A DNA stretch of 64,000 nt. Source: an uncultured Gammaproteobacteria bacterium. GTDB lineage: Bacteria; Patescibacteriota; Microgenomatia; Levybacterales; UBA12049. The notes under the pieces are model-generated. The model saw only the letters and a list, made by a program, of their open reading frames with translations. It did no database searches and had not been told where the DNA came from. The DNA is taken from contig CAZWXQ010000001.1 of assembly GCA_964637955.1 (NCBI GenBank), positions 21,936-85,935 on the forward strand. Direction: 5' to 3'. This document shows, piece by piece, positions 47,240 to 56,453 of this stretch (positions are counted from its first letter, which is position 1; each line of letters begins with the position of its first letter). Position numbers and translations under genes: made by a program.

Positions 47240-47839
47240 TTATTTTTTATAATATGCCCAACCTTTAATTATAAAATCAAAATTTTCACTGTCTTCACCT
47301 TTAGATGCTTGAATAGAACTTATTGAAATTACTCTCTGTGAGTTAATTAGATTATCAACAAATGTTTGTATGTTTTCAAATCTGGAAATGCCTGAGATAT
47401 TAAATGAAAATGAAGAGCTGGAGGTAGATGATGAAGAGCTTAGGTTTACTGGTGATACTTCAATGTTTGTTATTTGGACCAACGAATCTCCTCCGATTGA
47501 TTGGATTTGACCTACAAGTGTTGGGACTTGTGGATCTTTTGGAACTGCATCAAAAATTAGCGGAAGATCCTCTTGGAGCAATTGATATTCTTGGGAAAGT
47601 TGAGATATATTATTTATTTTTTGAGAAAGCTGTTGTTCTACAAATCTCGCATCAGTAATTTGTTTTTTTAGCTTTGCAATCGTTGAAAGTGTGGGATTGA
47701 TCGCAAATATGAAAAAGAAAATCGAAGCAGAAATAGAGAGTATTATTAGAAAATATTTTTGGTTATTCTCTTTTTTTATTGCAGGTACCAAATCTTTATA
47801 GTATTTATCAAAATTTGAAGTTTTAAATAATTTTTTCAC
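47240..47839 (-). CDS. pilO: Type IV pilus assembly protein PilO-like
   Basis: TM + coiled coil + AVP..P, F...L....RVI.I.SI ferredoxin-like domain. Confidence 0.75.
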   Translation of the reverse strand: MKKLFKTSNFDKYYKDLVPAIKKENNQKYFLIILSISASIFFFIFAINPTLSTIAKLKKQITDARFVEQQLSQKINNISQLSQEYQLLQEDLPLIFDAVPKDPQVPTLVGQIQSIGGDSLVQITNIEVSPVNLSSSSSTSSSSFSFNISGISRFENIQTFVDNLINSQRVISISSIQASKGEDSENFDFIIKGWAYYKK

Positions 47840-48375
47840 TCAATTGCTCCTTTCAATCCAACGGTTAAAGTTACGTTAGTAAAGCTTCCTCCAGAACTAT
47901 TATCAATGCCTGTAATGATTACTGAGGTAACGTTGGGATGCTCTTTTAGAGATTTAGCATAGGCTGTTAATGCTGGGAATGAAGCAACATTTATGTCTAG
48001 ATCAAGTTTATTTTCGGAAGCAGTTATTGAATTATAGGTTATTTCAGGTGGAGTTTTTTCTACAATTTCTTTAACTATAACAGGTGTAAAATTTTTTATG
48101 GTTGAAGCGCTTTTAATTGTGGCTAATCTTTCATGAAGGTTGCGATAAGTCTCTTCTTGTGTTCTACTGCTTTCAATTATTGCTTGCTCATCTTTTATCT
48201 TATCGTTTAAGTCTATTATTTGCCTGTCTAAGACAAATCTATAGATAAATGCGCTAAATGCTACTATTTCTACTAGAATTATTAAAAATCTACCAAAACT
48301 TAAAGCCCACCTTAAAATTTCATCAGTTAAGCTTGTTTTACTTTTAATTAAATCAATTTGGTTAGATTTGGGCAT
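47836..48375 (-). CDS. pilN: Type IV pilus assembly protein PilN-like
   Basis: N-terminal I.L motif, TM, coiled coil, TPPEITY; adjacent to pilO. Confidence 0.7.
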   Translation of the reverse strand: MPKSNQIDLIKSKTSLTDEILRWALSFGRFLIILVEIVAFSAFIYRFVLDRQIIDLNDKIKDEQAIIESSRTQEETYRNLHERLATIKSASTIKNFTPVIVKEIVEKTPPEITYNSITASENKLDLDINVASFPALTAYAKSLKEHPNVTSVIITGIDNSSGGSFTNVTLTVGLKGAIE

Positions 48376-48426
48376 GTAATTTTAGTCTATGGGTTTTTGA
48401 AGCTTTTGTCAAAAATAATATTGAGG

Positions 48427-48699
48427 TTATTTAGCTTTGGATTTTGGTTTTTCAGTAGATGTGCCTGCTGATTTTGATTTAGCGAGTCTCGATTTGATTC
48501 TAGCAGCTTTATTTTTATGGATTAATCCTTTTTTTGCAGCTTTATCGATAACTTTACTGGCTTCTGATAAGCTTTTTACTGTAACACTTTTTTTAGTTTT
48601 CTTTACAGTTTTTTTGTAAGTTGATTTGAGAGATATGTTTGCTTGTTCTCTTTTTTTATCTTTTCTTAATTTCTTTTTTGCTTGTTTTGTTACTGGCAT
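48427..48699 (-). CDS. rpsT: 30S ribosomal protein S20
   Basis: AKKKLR, IDKAAKKGLIHKNKAARIKSRL. Confidence 0.95.
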   Translation of the reverse strand: MPVTKQAKKKLRKDKKREQANISLKSTYKKTVKKTKKSVTVKSLSEASKVIDKAAKKGLIHKNKAARIKSRLAKSKSAGTSTEKPKSKAK

Positions 48700-48783
48700 A
48701 GGCGCATTTTAGCATGCTATACTGATATTCGCAACATCCTGCAATGCTTTTGGTGGGAAAAGAGTAAGCGGGTATTTTTTCAT

Positions 48784-50496
48784 ATGCCTTTACGTTTCTT
48801 TCAAAAAGGTCTTTCTTTTCTCCTTAAACAACAAACAAACATCCTTTCTGCAGCATTTGTTTTAATGGCAACAGCGGTTTTTTCTCAGATTCTAGGATTG
48901 GTAAGACAGAGGTTATTAGTTGCAAATTTTGGAGCAACTGATACTCTTGGAGTTTATCTCGCATCTTCAAGAATACCTGATTTCTTTTTCCAGCTTATTA
49001 TCGCTGCTGCATTGACTACAGCCTTTATTCCGGTTTTTACCAATTTTTTGCATCACAACAAGCATGATTCAGCAAATAAAATGGCTTCAGCAGTTTTATG
49101 CTTGGGTTTTTTATTTTTCGGCGTAGTTTCAGTAATACTTTTTATCTTTGCTCCATTTTTTCTACAGTTCATAAACCCTGGAGCAGGTTATAATCCAGAA
49201 CAAATGGCTCTCATGGCAAATTTAATGAGAGTTATTATTTTTGGACAGCTTATATTTTTAATTGCCACTTTTTTTGCATCAATTCTTCAATCTCACAATC
49301 ATTTTTTAGTCGCTGGTATTTCAGCTGCCCTTTATAACCTCGGAATAATTATAGGAATAGTATTTCTTTCAGATAAAATCGGAATTTATGCACCTGCAGT
49401 GGGAGTAATTATTGGAGCATGTTTTTTTGCTGTATTCCAGTTGCCTTTTGTTAGAAAAGTTGGATTTAAATTTATGCCTAGTTTTTCAACTAAAATTGAT
49501 GGAGTCCGAGAGGTTGGTAACCTGATGGCGCCAAGAACTTTATCTATTCTTATTCTTCAGTTGGGAACTCTTATAACTGTATCTTTAATTTCATTTTTGC
49601 CTTCTGCTGGTAGAAGTTATGTCATATATGATTATGCGATGACTTTGGCATTTGCCCCAATTGTTTTATTTGGGCAAAGCATTGCGCAGGCGGCGCTGCC
49701 TGTGTTGTCTCGTGAAAAAGATAATCTTGTTAATTTTCGCTCTACATTTTCAGCAAGTTATATACAAATGCTTTATTTAGTTCTGCCTGTTTCTGTGCTT
49801 TTTTTAATTCTTCGAATACCTATCGTAAGACTTGTTTTTGGAGCAGCGGAGTTTGATTGGGCAGCAACTGTTTTAACCGGGAGAACGCTAGCCTTCTTCT
49901 CGTTATCAATTTTTGCAAGTGCTTTAATTTATCTCGTTAGTCGAGCTTTTTATGCACTGCACAATACAAAAACACCTCTCATAATTGGTGCCATAACTAC
50001 CGCTGTTATGATTCTACTTAGCCTTCTTTTTGTTTTATTTTGGAGTCAAAATCTCGAAACTTTAGCAAATGCTTATACAGGGAGATTCAGGCTTATTCCG
50101 GTTGGCGTTGAATCACTAGCGTTTACTTATTCTGTTGCAGCAATTTTAAATCTAATACTCCTACTCTTCTTCTTAAATAAAAAAATAAAATTAATAACTA
50201 AGGATTTTATTGTTCCTCAAATAAAAATATTTTTATGTGTAATATTTATGGGATTTGCACTTTATATTCCAATAAAATTACTCGATCAGTTAGTTTTTGA
50301 CACCACCAGAACTGTAAACTTGATTTTACTAACTGGAATTTCAAGTCTTCTTGGGTTTGGAATTTACTTCTTTCTCACCTGGCTTTTTGATGTTAAAGAA
50401 GCAAGTACATTCCTTTTAATGTTTAAGAAGATAGGTGGATCAAAGCAAATAATTGACGAAAGTGAAAAAATTATTGAGCCAAGAATTAGTCAGTAA
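48784..50496 (+). CDS. murJ: Lipid II flippase MurJ/MviN
   Basis: SQILGLVR, RIPD, AFIPVF, YNLGII, RAFYALHNTKTP; ATG 48784 chosen. Confidence 0.9.
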   Translation: MPLRFFQKGLSFLLKQQTNILSAAFVLMATAVFSQILGLVRQRLLVANFGATDTLGVYLASSRIPDFFFQLIIAAALTTAFIPVFTNFLHHNKHDSANKMASAVLCLGFLFFGVVSVILFIFAPFFLQFINPGAGYNPEQMALMANLMRVIIFGQLIFLIATFFASILQSHNHFLVAGISAALYNLGIIIGIVFLSDKIGIYAPAVGVIIGACFFAVFQLPFVRKVGFKFMPSFSTKIDGVREVGNLMAPRTLSILILQLGTLITVSLISFLPSAGRSYVIYDYAMTLAFAPIVLFGQSIAQAALPVLSREKDNLVNFRSTFSASYIQMLYLVLPVSVLFLILRIPIVRLVFGAAEFDWAATVLTGRTLAFFSLSIFASALIYLVSRAFYALHNTKTPLIIGAITTAVMILLSLLFVLFWSQNLETLANAYTGRFRLIPVGVESLAFTYSVAAILNLILLLFFLNKKIKLITKDFIVPQIKIFLCVIFMGFALYIPIKLLDQLVFDTTRTVNLILLTGISSLLGFGIYFFLTWLFDVKEASTFLLMFKKIGGSKQIIDESEKIIEPRISQ

Positions 50497-50533
50497 TTGA
50501 TTTGTCTCGTCGCTATCGTTATACTTGCAGGTC

Positions 50534-50657
50534 ATGACTCCCGTTAGAAGCCGCGATTGCAAGCTTATTTAGAGAGTTTAGTATGATTTATGAAATTAAT
50601 AAAATATTAAAAGAAATGGAGATTTAAGTGGATCGCGATCTGCTTTTAACGGGATGA
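50534..50657. mobile_element. MITE-like 120-bp element with terminal inverted repeats and flanking ATGA duplication at the lepA start
   Basis: ATGA-CTCCCGTTAGAAGCCGCGAT ... ATCGCGATCTGCTTTTAACGGG-ATGA. Confidence 0.6.
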
Positions 50658-52390
50658 ATAAAAATATAAGAAATTTCGCTATTATTGCGCATGTGGATCA
50701 TGGGAAATCTACACTTGCTGATAGGTTTTTAGAAATAACTAAAACTCTTACTATAAATAAAATAGGAGAGCAGTATCTTGATACAAACCCGATTGAAAAG
50801 GCTCGTGGAATAACTATAAAACTTGCTCCAGTTCGTATGAATTATCAGCTAAATGGGCAGGATTACGTATTGAATCTAATAGATACCCCAGGCCACGTAG
50901 ATTTTTCTTATGAAGTTTCTAGAACTCTTGCAGCCTGTGAGGGGGCAATTTTACTTGTTGATGCTACTCAAGGAGTTCAAGCTCAAACTGTAGCTCACTT
51001 TTTTGCAGCAAAAAAAGAAGGTCTTACTATTATTCCAGTTTTGAATAAGATTGATCTTCCAAGTGCTCGAACTGATGATATTGTAAAAGAACTTGAGGAG
51101 ATATTTGGAATAGATAAAAATGACATAATTTATATTTCTGCCAAAACTGGAGAAAATGTCCCAAATTTACTTGAGGCAATTGTGAATAGAATTCCTTCGC
51201 CAAAAGGATTAGTTGAATCTCCGCTTCGTGCTTTGATTTTTGATGCATTATTTGATGAGCACAGAGGTGTTATTATTTTTGTTCGCATAACTGACGGAAA
51301 GCTTTTAAAAAATGGAAAAATAACTTTTTATCAGACAGGAAAAACTGCAAATGCTAATGAAATCGGATGTTTTACTCCTCTTATGACTCCTCGGGCAGAA
51401 TTAATTGCAGGAGAGATCGGATATATAGTAACGGGAATTAAAGATATTCATGAGACTCGAGTGGGAGATACTATTTGCTTAGATTCAGGAAAAATTGAAC
51501 CACTCCCTGGATATAAGAAACCACAGCCTATGGTTTTCTTTGGGGTTTATCCAAAGACAACAGATGAACTCGTTAATTTAAAAGAAGGACTATTTAAATA
51601 TGCACTTAACGATACTTCAATTACAATTGCCAATGAATACTCCTCATTTTTGGGAAATGGTTTCCGCGTAGGATTTTTGGGCTTGCTTCATGCAGACATT
51701 GTTCGCCAAAGATTAAATGAAGAAGAGAATGTAGATTTATTTTTAACTTCCCCTCAAGTTCTTTATGAGAAAAATGAGAATGGAGATATGCTCGAACCAT
51801 ATATGAACCTAACTGTTTTTGTGCCTTCGATGTATGTAGGTGGAGTAATTTCTACTTGCCAACAAAGAAAAGGAAATATGGTGGATATTACATATTTTCA
51901 AAATAGTGCAATTTTAAAATATGAAATGCCATACTCGATGTTGGTTCGGGGTTTGTCTTCAGATCTAAAATCGATCACTTCTGGCTATGCGAGTATCGAT
52001 TATGAATTATCTGATTATAGACCTGCCAATCTTGTAAATATTGAAATTAGGATTAATGATGTTTCGGTTGATGTACTTAGTGAATATGCATATAAAGATG
52101 AAGCACCTTACATAGCGCGAGAAAAAGCAGAAAAATTAAAAGAAAAACTTCCACGCCTTCAGGTTCGCCAAATCATCCAAGCAGTAATTGACGGTACTAT
52201 TGTTGCTCGTGAAGAAATTTCCCCATATAAAAAAGATGTTTTGATGCATGGAAGTAAAGTAGTTGGAGGAGGAGATGTAACTCGAAAGAAAATGCTTTTA
52301 GAAAAACAGAAAAAAGGAAAAGAGAGAATGACCGATACAGCAAAAATAGATATTCCTCAAGACGTTTTATTTAGTTTGATAGAAAAATAA
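50654..52390 (+). CDS. lepA: Elongation factor 4 (LepA)
   Basis: IRNFAIIAHVDHGKSTLADR, RGITIK, IDTPGHVDFSYEVSR, GFLGLLH, GGDVTRKKMLLEKQKKGK. Confidence 0.95.
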   Translation: MNKNIRNFAIIAHVDHGKSTLADRFLEITKTLTINKIGEQYLDTNPIEKARGITIKLAPVRMNYQLNGQDYVLNLIDTPGHVDFSYEVSRTLAACEGAILLVDATQGVQAQTVAHFFAAKKEGLTIIPVLNKIDLPSARTDDIVKELEEIFGIDKNDIIYISAKTGENVPNLLEAIVNRIPSPKGLVESPLRALIFDALFDEHRGVIIFVRITDGKLLKNGKITFYQTGKTANANEIGCFTPLMTPRAELIAGEIGYIVTGIKDIHETRVGDTICLDSGKIEPLPGYKKPQPMVFFGVYPKTTDELVNLKEGLFKYALNDTSITIANEYSSFLGNGFRVGFLGLLHADIVRQRLNEEENVDLFLTSPQVLYEKNENGDMLEPYMNLTVFVPSMYVGGVISTCQQRKGNMVDITYFQNSAILKYEMPYSMLVRGLSSDLKSITSGYASIDYELSDYRPANLVNIEIRINDVSVDVLSEYAYKDEAPYIAREKAEKLKEKLPRLQVRQIIQAVIDGTIVAREEISPYKKDVLMHGSKVVGGGDVTRKKMLLEKQKKGKERMTDTAKIDIPQDVLFSLIEK

Positions 52391-52439
52391 GTTATATTAA
52401 CTTAGTTTTATTGAATTCATGTTGTAACATAGTTTTATT

Positions 52440-54371
52440 ATGCAATTTCTTCTCTCCGTTTCTATTTTTTTAATTTCTATTTTAATCGCTTTTTTTATCC
52501 CGGGTAATGTCATTTTAAGAAAAATAAGCTTAACTAAAACTCAAAGGATCGCGAATTCATTCATAATTGGAATTATTTTTTGGGCTTTTCAAGCATACAT
52601 ATTAGGATATTTAAATATTGAATGGGGTACATATTTATATTTAATACTTTTTATATTTTTGCAGATTTACATTATTTTTAAGTCAAATTTTAATATAAAA
52701 TCAGTCTTTAAGAATTTAAAAAAAGAAAAATTAGAATATAAAACATATTTTCTAATTATTTTAGGAATAATATCTACATCTTCTGTTTTATTTACTTTTG
52801 GGATAAATGTTGATTCCGGGTTTTTACTATGCTGTGGAGATTTTCGAGATAATTTACTTCATTTGGCTTATATAAATCAGGTAATTAAAAATATTCCGCC
52901 CATGGAACCAGGCTTAGCAGGAAATGAAATTAGCAATTACCATTATTGGATGCATATTGTAATTGGGGATTTGATTAGAGTTTTTAAGCTTCCAATTATT
53001 GATACTACAATGAGGTTCTTCCCAATATTTTTATCTACTCTTCTTGCTTTACTTTTAGTTTCTTTTTCACAGACTCTTAAATTTTCAAAAAAATTATTAT
53101 TTTGGTTAATTTTCTTTTTCTTTTTTACAGGAGATTTTATTTATTTAGTTCATTTGTTATTAGGAAATGGCTTATCTTTTGATAATTATATTCATACAAA
53201 TATAACTTTATTTGTAAATTATCCTTTTGGATTCTCAGTAATAGTAATTATGGGAGCTATTAATTTGCTAGCGTTATATATCTTAAACAAAAGCAAGTTT
53301 TTATTAATTCTGACGGGACTCACTGTAGGAAGCGTAATTGGATTTAAAGTTAATTCTGGATTTTTTATGCTTAGTGGTTTAGCTGTTTTAGCTACTTATG
53401 GATTAGTTAAAAAGAAATTTGAATTTATAATCCTTTTTTTATGGTCGGCCATTATTAGTTTGTTTATTTATTTACCGACAAGTTTACATTCTTCAGGGGG
53501 TTTGATATTTACTGGGTTTTGGAGAGTGCAAGATTATATTGTTCAGCCTTCTTTTGGTTTATCGCGAATGGAGCTTGCGAGGAGAATCTATCTAGATCAT
53601 GATAACTTCATTAAAGTTTTTTTGTACAACATTTTTTATTCTATATTTTATTTGTTTGCAGTGCTTGGAGTATTGCTTGGAGTATTTATAGTTCCATTTA
53701 AAATTTTGAAAAAAATACCAGCAGAATTAAATGTTTTTCTTTTATCAAGCATAGTCATAAGTTTTATAACAGGATTTTTCTTTATTCAAAATCCAGGTGG
53801 AGCAAATAGTATGTTTTTTATTACTATCTCTCTCGTAATATTAAGCATATACTGCGCATTATTTGCTGATTATTGGACTTCTAAATGGAATAAAAAAAGT
53901 TTTAATATTTTAATATCATTTTTAATAGTATTAGTAACTATTCCCACAACAATTTATTTTCTTTATTCAAGCTCAAAAATATTAATTAATAAGCCGGTTA
54001 TAACTACCGAAGAAATGCAAGCAATAAAGTATCTAACTGATAATACAAATAAAGATAGTACTTTATTGGTATTAAATAATTATTTAGATCAACATTCTTC
54101 ATACATTAACTTTTTGTCAGATAGGCCTTCATTCTTGTCTGGCCAAGAAGCAGAATTAGAAGTTCACGGAATTTACTTTAAGGATAGACAGGGCAGTTCA
54201 GACATAATTTTTAAGAATAAATCTTCAAAAAGTGTCATGTATGAAATTAATAAAATAGGCATTAATTACATTTACATGAATTCCAGTGACAAATTAAATT
54301 GTCAGTGTGAAGATAAGCTAAAAAAGGTATTTCAAAATGATGTAATTAAAATATTAAAAACGGATAATTAA
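52440..54371 (+). CDS. GT-C-like polytopic membrane protein
   Basis: DNLLH, PPMEP, NYHY, multiple TM, C-terminal AIKYL..NT...SDR domain. Confidence 0.7.
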   Translation: MQFLLSVSIFLISILIAFFIPGNVILRKISLTKTQRIANSFIIGIIFWAFQAYILGYLNIEWGTYLYLILFIFLQIYIIFKSNFNIKSVFKNLKKEKLEYKTYFLIILGIISTSSVLFTFGINVDSGFLLCCGDFRDNLLHLAYINQVIKNIPPMEPGLAGNEISNYHYWMHIVIGDLIRVFKLPIIDTTMRFFPIFLSTLLALLLVSFSQTLKFSKKLLFWLIFFFFFTGDFIYLVHLLLGNGLSFDNYIHTNITLFVNYPFGFSVIVIMGAINLLALYILNKSKFLLILTGLTVGSVIGFKVNSGFFMLSGLAVLATYGLVKKKFEFIILFLWSAIISLFIYLPTSLHSSGGLIFTGFWRVQDYIVQPSFGLSRMELARRIYLDHDNFIKVFLYNIFYSIFYLFAVLGVLLGVFIVPFKILKKIPAELNVFLLSSIVISFITGFFFIQNPGGANSMFFITISLVILSIYCALFADYWTSKWNKKSFNILISFLIVLVTIPTTIYFLYSSSKILINKPVITTEEMQAIKYLTDNTNKDSTLLVLNNYLDQHSSYINFLSDRPSFLSGQEAELEVHGIYFKDRQGSSDIIFKNKSSKSVMYEINKIGINYIYMNSSDKLNCQCEDKLKKVFQNDVIKILKTDN

Positions 54372-54435
54372 CGCTAAAGTAATGTTAAATAAAAATTCCT
54401 CAATAAGTTTTATTCTCAATTATTGATAAATAAGA

Positions 54436-55305
54436 TTAATGACTAGGAGCTGAGACAACATTCTTTTTATTTTCAATATCAATTGAAAGACCAATTCGAA
54501 GAATCGTTTCCTCTAGAACTTTTCGCATATCAGATCCCGTTTTATAATTTGCAGTGTAAGGGCCAACTGTAATTCTTTTCCCTCTGGCAAGTTCATACCC
54601 TTTTTTAAAACTTCCAAAAGGAGCCGAAGCACCAATCCCAGCGCCTCCATTGCTAGTTACGGCTGAAAGGCAGGGAATATCACTTGGTCCATCTCCAATA
54701 TAAATCATTTGAGAAAATGGTATGCGCTGCATTTCTGTTGATATCGCATCATTAATTCTGTAAGGATCACTTCTAAGGATCTGAATATCAATTCCTTTTC
54801 TTATCCCATGAATGAATCTTGTTTTTTCTGTAAATGAAATTGCAGATCGAATTCCAATTGGTTGTGGGTTTGATTTATCATATGCAAAGTTGCTGCCAAA
54901 GATTCCATTGACTTGATCGCCAATTCTAGATGATCTAATTACTTCTTCAAGTCCTCCGCTTATAATATAAAATTCCAAAGAAATGCGAGATTTTTTAAGT
55001 TGATCATTATTTTTAACAAAATCTTTTAATTCTGAAATGGCAAGTGGAAGGCCTGGAAATAATTTTAGCTTTTTACCTAAGCTTGAGAGTTTTTTTATCG
55101 AAAGATCCAGATCTCCGTTTTCTGAAAGAGACTTCATTTTATGCATGTAAGCTAATGGTGGATCCCATCCTTCTTCAACCAGTTTATTTATTTCATCCCA
55201 AAAATCTATGGGAGATATACCTTGCTCAGTTAGAACATATGAAATAGTATCTGGTCCAAGAGTTTCATCAAAATCAAAAACTACAGCAATTACGGATTCG
55301 CTCAT
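54436..55305 (-). CDS. HAD-family hydrolase
   Basis: FDFDETL, IISGG, MIYIGDGPSDIPC. Confidence 0.9.
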   Translation of the reverse strand: MSESVIAVVFDFDETLGPDTISYVLTEQGISPIDFWDEINKLVEEGWDPPLAYMHKMKSLSENGDLDLSIKKLSSLGKKLKLFPGLPLAISELKDFVKNNDQLKKSRISLEFYIISGGLEEVIRSSRIGDQVNGIFGSNFAYDKSNPQPIGIRSAISFTEKTRFIHGIRKGIDIQILRSDPYRINDAISTEMQRIPFSQMIYIGDGPSDIPCLSAVTSNGGAGIGASAPFGSFKKGYELARGKRITVGPYTANYKTGSDMRKVLEETILRIGLSIDIENKKNVVSAPSH

Positions 55306-55452
55306 TTAAGTGGCATTGTAGATCTAATTGTGGGTGTTGTCAAAATTAATTTAGATTTAAATTTAATTATAAGCTTAAGATTAAAAACTTAATAAAATTT
55401 TTTATTTCAATATTTATTTTTAGCTAAAATTATCAGTATGAAAGATTTAAGT

Positions 55453-56415
55453 TTATGGTTGTTGATTAAAATCACTTAATATATTTTTCATTTCAGAAAT
55501 GGATTTTGTTTCCATTATTTTTTCCCTAAGATTTACTGCGTCAGGAAAGTTATTTAGATAAGTTTTGCAAAACCTTTTTAGGAGTGCGATATTTTTCTCT
55601 TTCCAGGTTAATTCAAATAAATTAATATGTTTTAAATATAAATCTACTCTTTCGTTAACGGTTACTTTATTGATATCCACTTCTCTGTTAAATAGCCAAG
55701 GATTATGGAAAATTCCACGTCCTACCATGAATCCATCGCATTTGTATTCTTCATATTTATTTTTAATTTCTCCCATGGTTAAAAGGTCTCCATTTCCGAT
55801 TATAAGAGTATGAGGTGAGATTTCATTTCTGAGCTTGATAATCTCAGTCATAAGGTCCCAATGCGCTGGAACTTTTGAAAGTTCTGCTATAGTTCGAAGA
55901 TGAAGGGTAAGAGCGGGTAAATTTTGAGAAAGTAATAATTTAATCCAATCTAGATTTATTTCAGAAAATCCTAAACGAGTTTTTATACTAACAGGAAGAT
56001 TACCAGCGCCAGCTATGGTCTGTTTAATAATTTCTTTTGCAAGTTCCGGATTTTTAATAAGAGCGCCGCAGCTTCCTCTATTTATAATTATCCGGTCAGG
56101 GCACCCCATATTTATATCTATTCCTGAAAATTCCATTCTTCTGCAAATTTCAGCTGACCGGCGGAAAGATTCTGGATTTTTTCCCCAGATTTGTGCAACG
56201 ATAGGTTTTTGATGATTGCTAAATTTTAGATTTTCACTAACCTTTTCAAACCCAAGTTCAGATGTGAGTCCGTCTACGTTTGTAAACTCTGTAAAGAAGA
56301 TATTTGGTCTGCCTATTTCCTGAATTATATCTCTAAAAACATAATCCGTTACTCCTTCCATCGGAGCTAATACCGTGAAAGGAATTGGTAGAGTATTCCA
56401 AAATGATTTAGTCAT
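55453..56415 (-). CDS. tRNA-dihydrouridine synthase
   Basis: LAPMEGVTD, QIWG, DINMGCP, SIKTRLG, HLRT, GNGD, MVGRG. Confidence 0.92.
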   Translation of the reverse strand: MTKSFWNTLPIPFTVLAPMEGVTDYVFRDIIQEIGRPNIFFTEFTNVDGLTSELGFEKVSENLKFSNHQKPIVAQIWGKNPESFRRSAEICRRMEFSGIDINMGCPDRIIINRGSCGALIKNPELAKEIIKQTIAGAGNLPVSIKTRLGFSEINLDWIKLLLSQNLPALTLHLRTIAELSKVPAHWDLMTEIIKLRNEISPHTLIIGNGDLLTMGEIKNKYEEYKCDGFMVGRGIFHNPWLFNREVDINKVTVNERVDLYLKHINLFELTWKEKNIALLKRFCKTYLNNFPDAVNLREKIMETKSISEMKNILSDFNQQP

Positions 56416-56453
56416 GAGGCTAATTATACAAGATTAACTATTAAAAATTTCAA

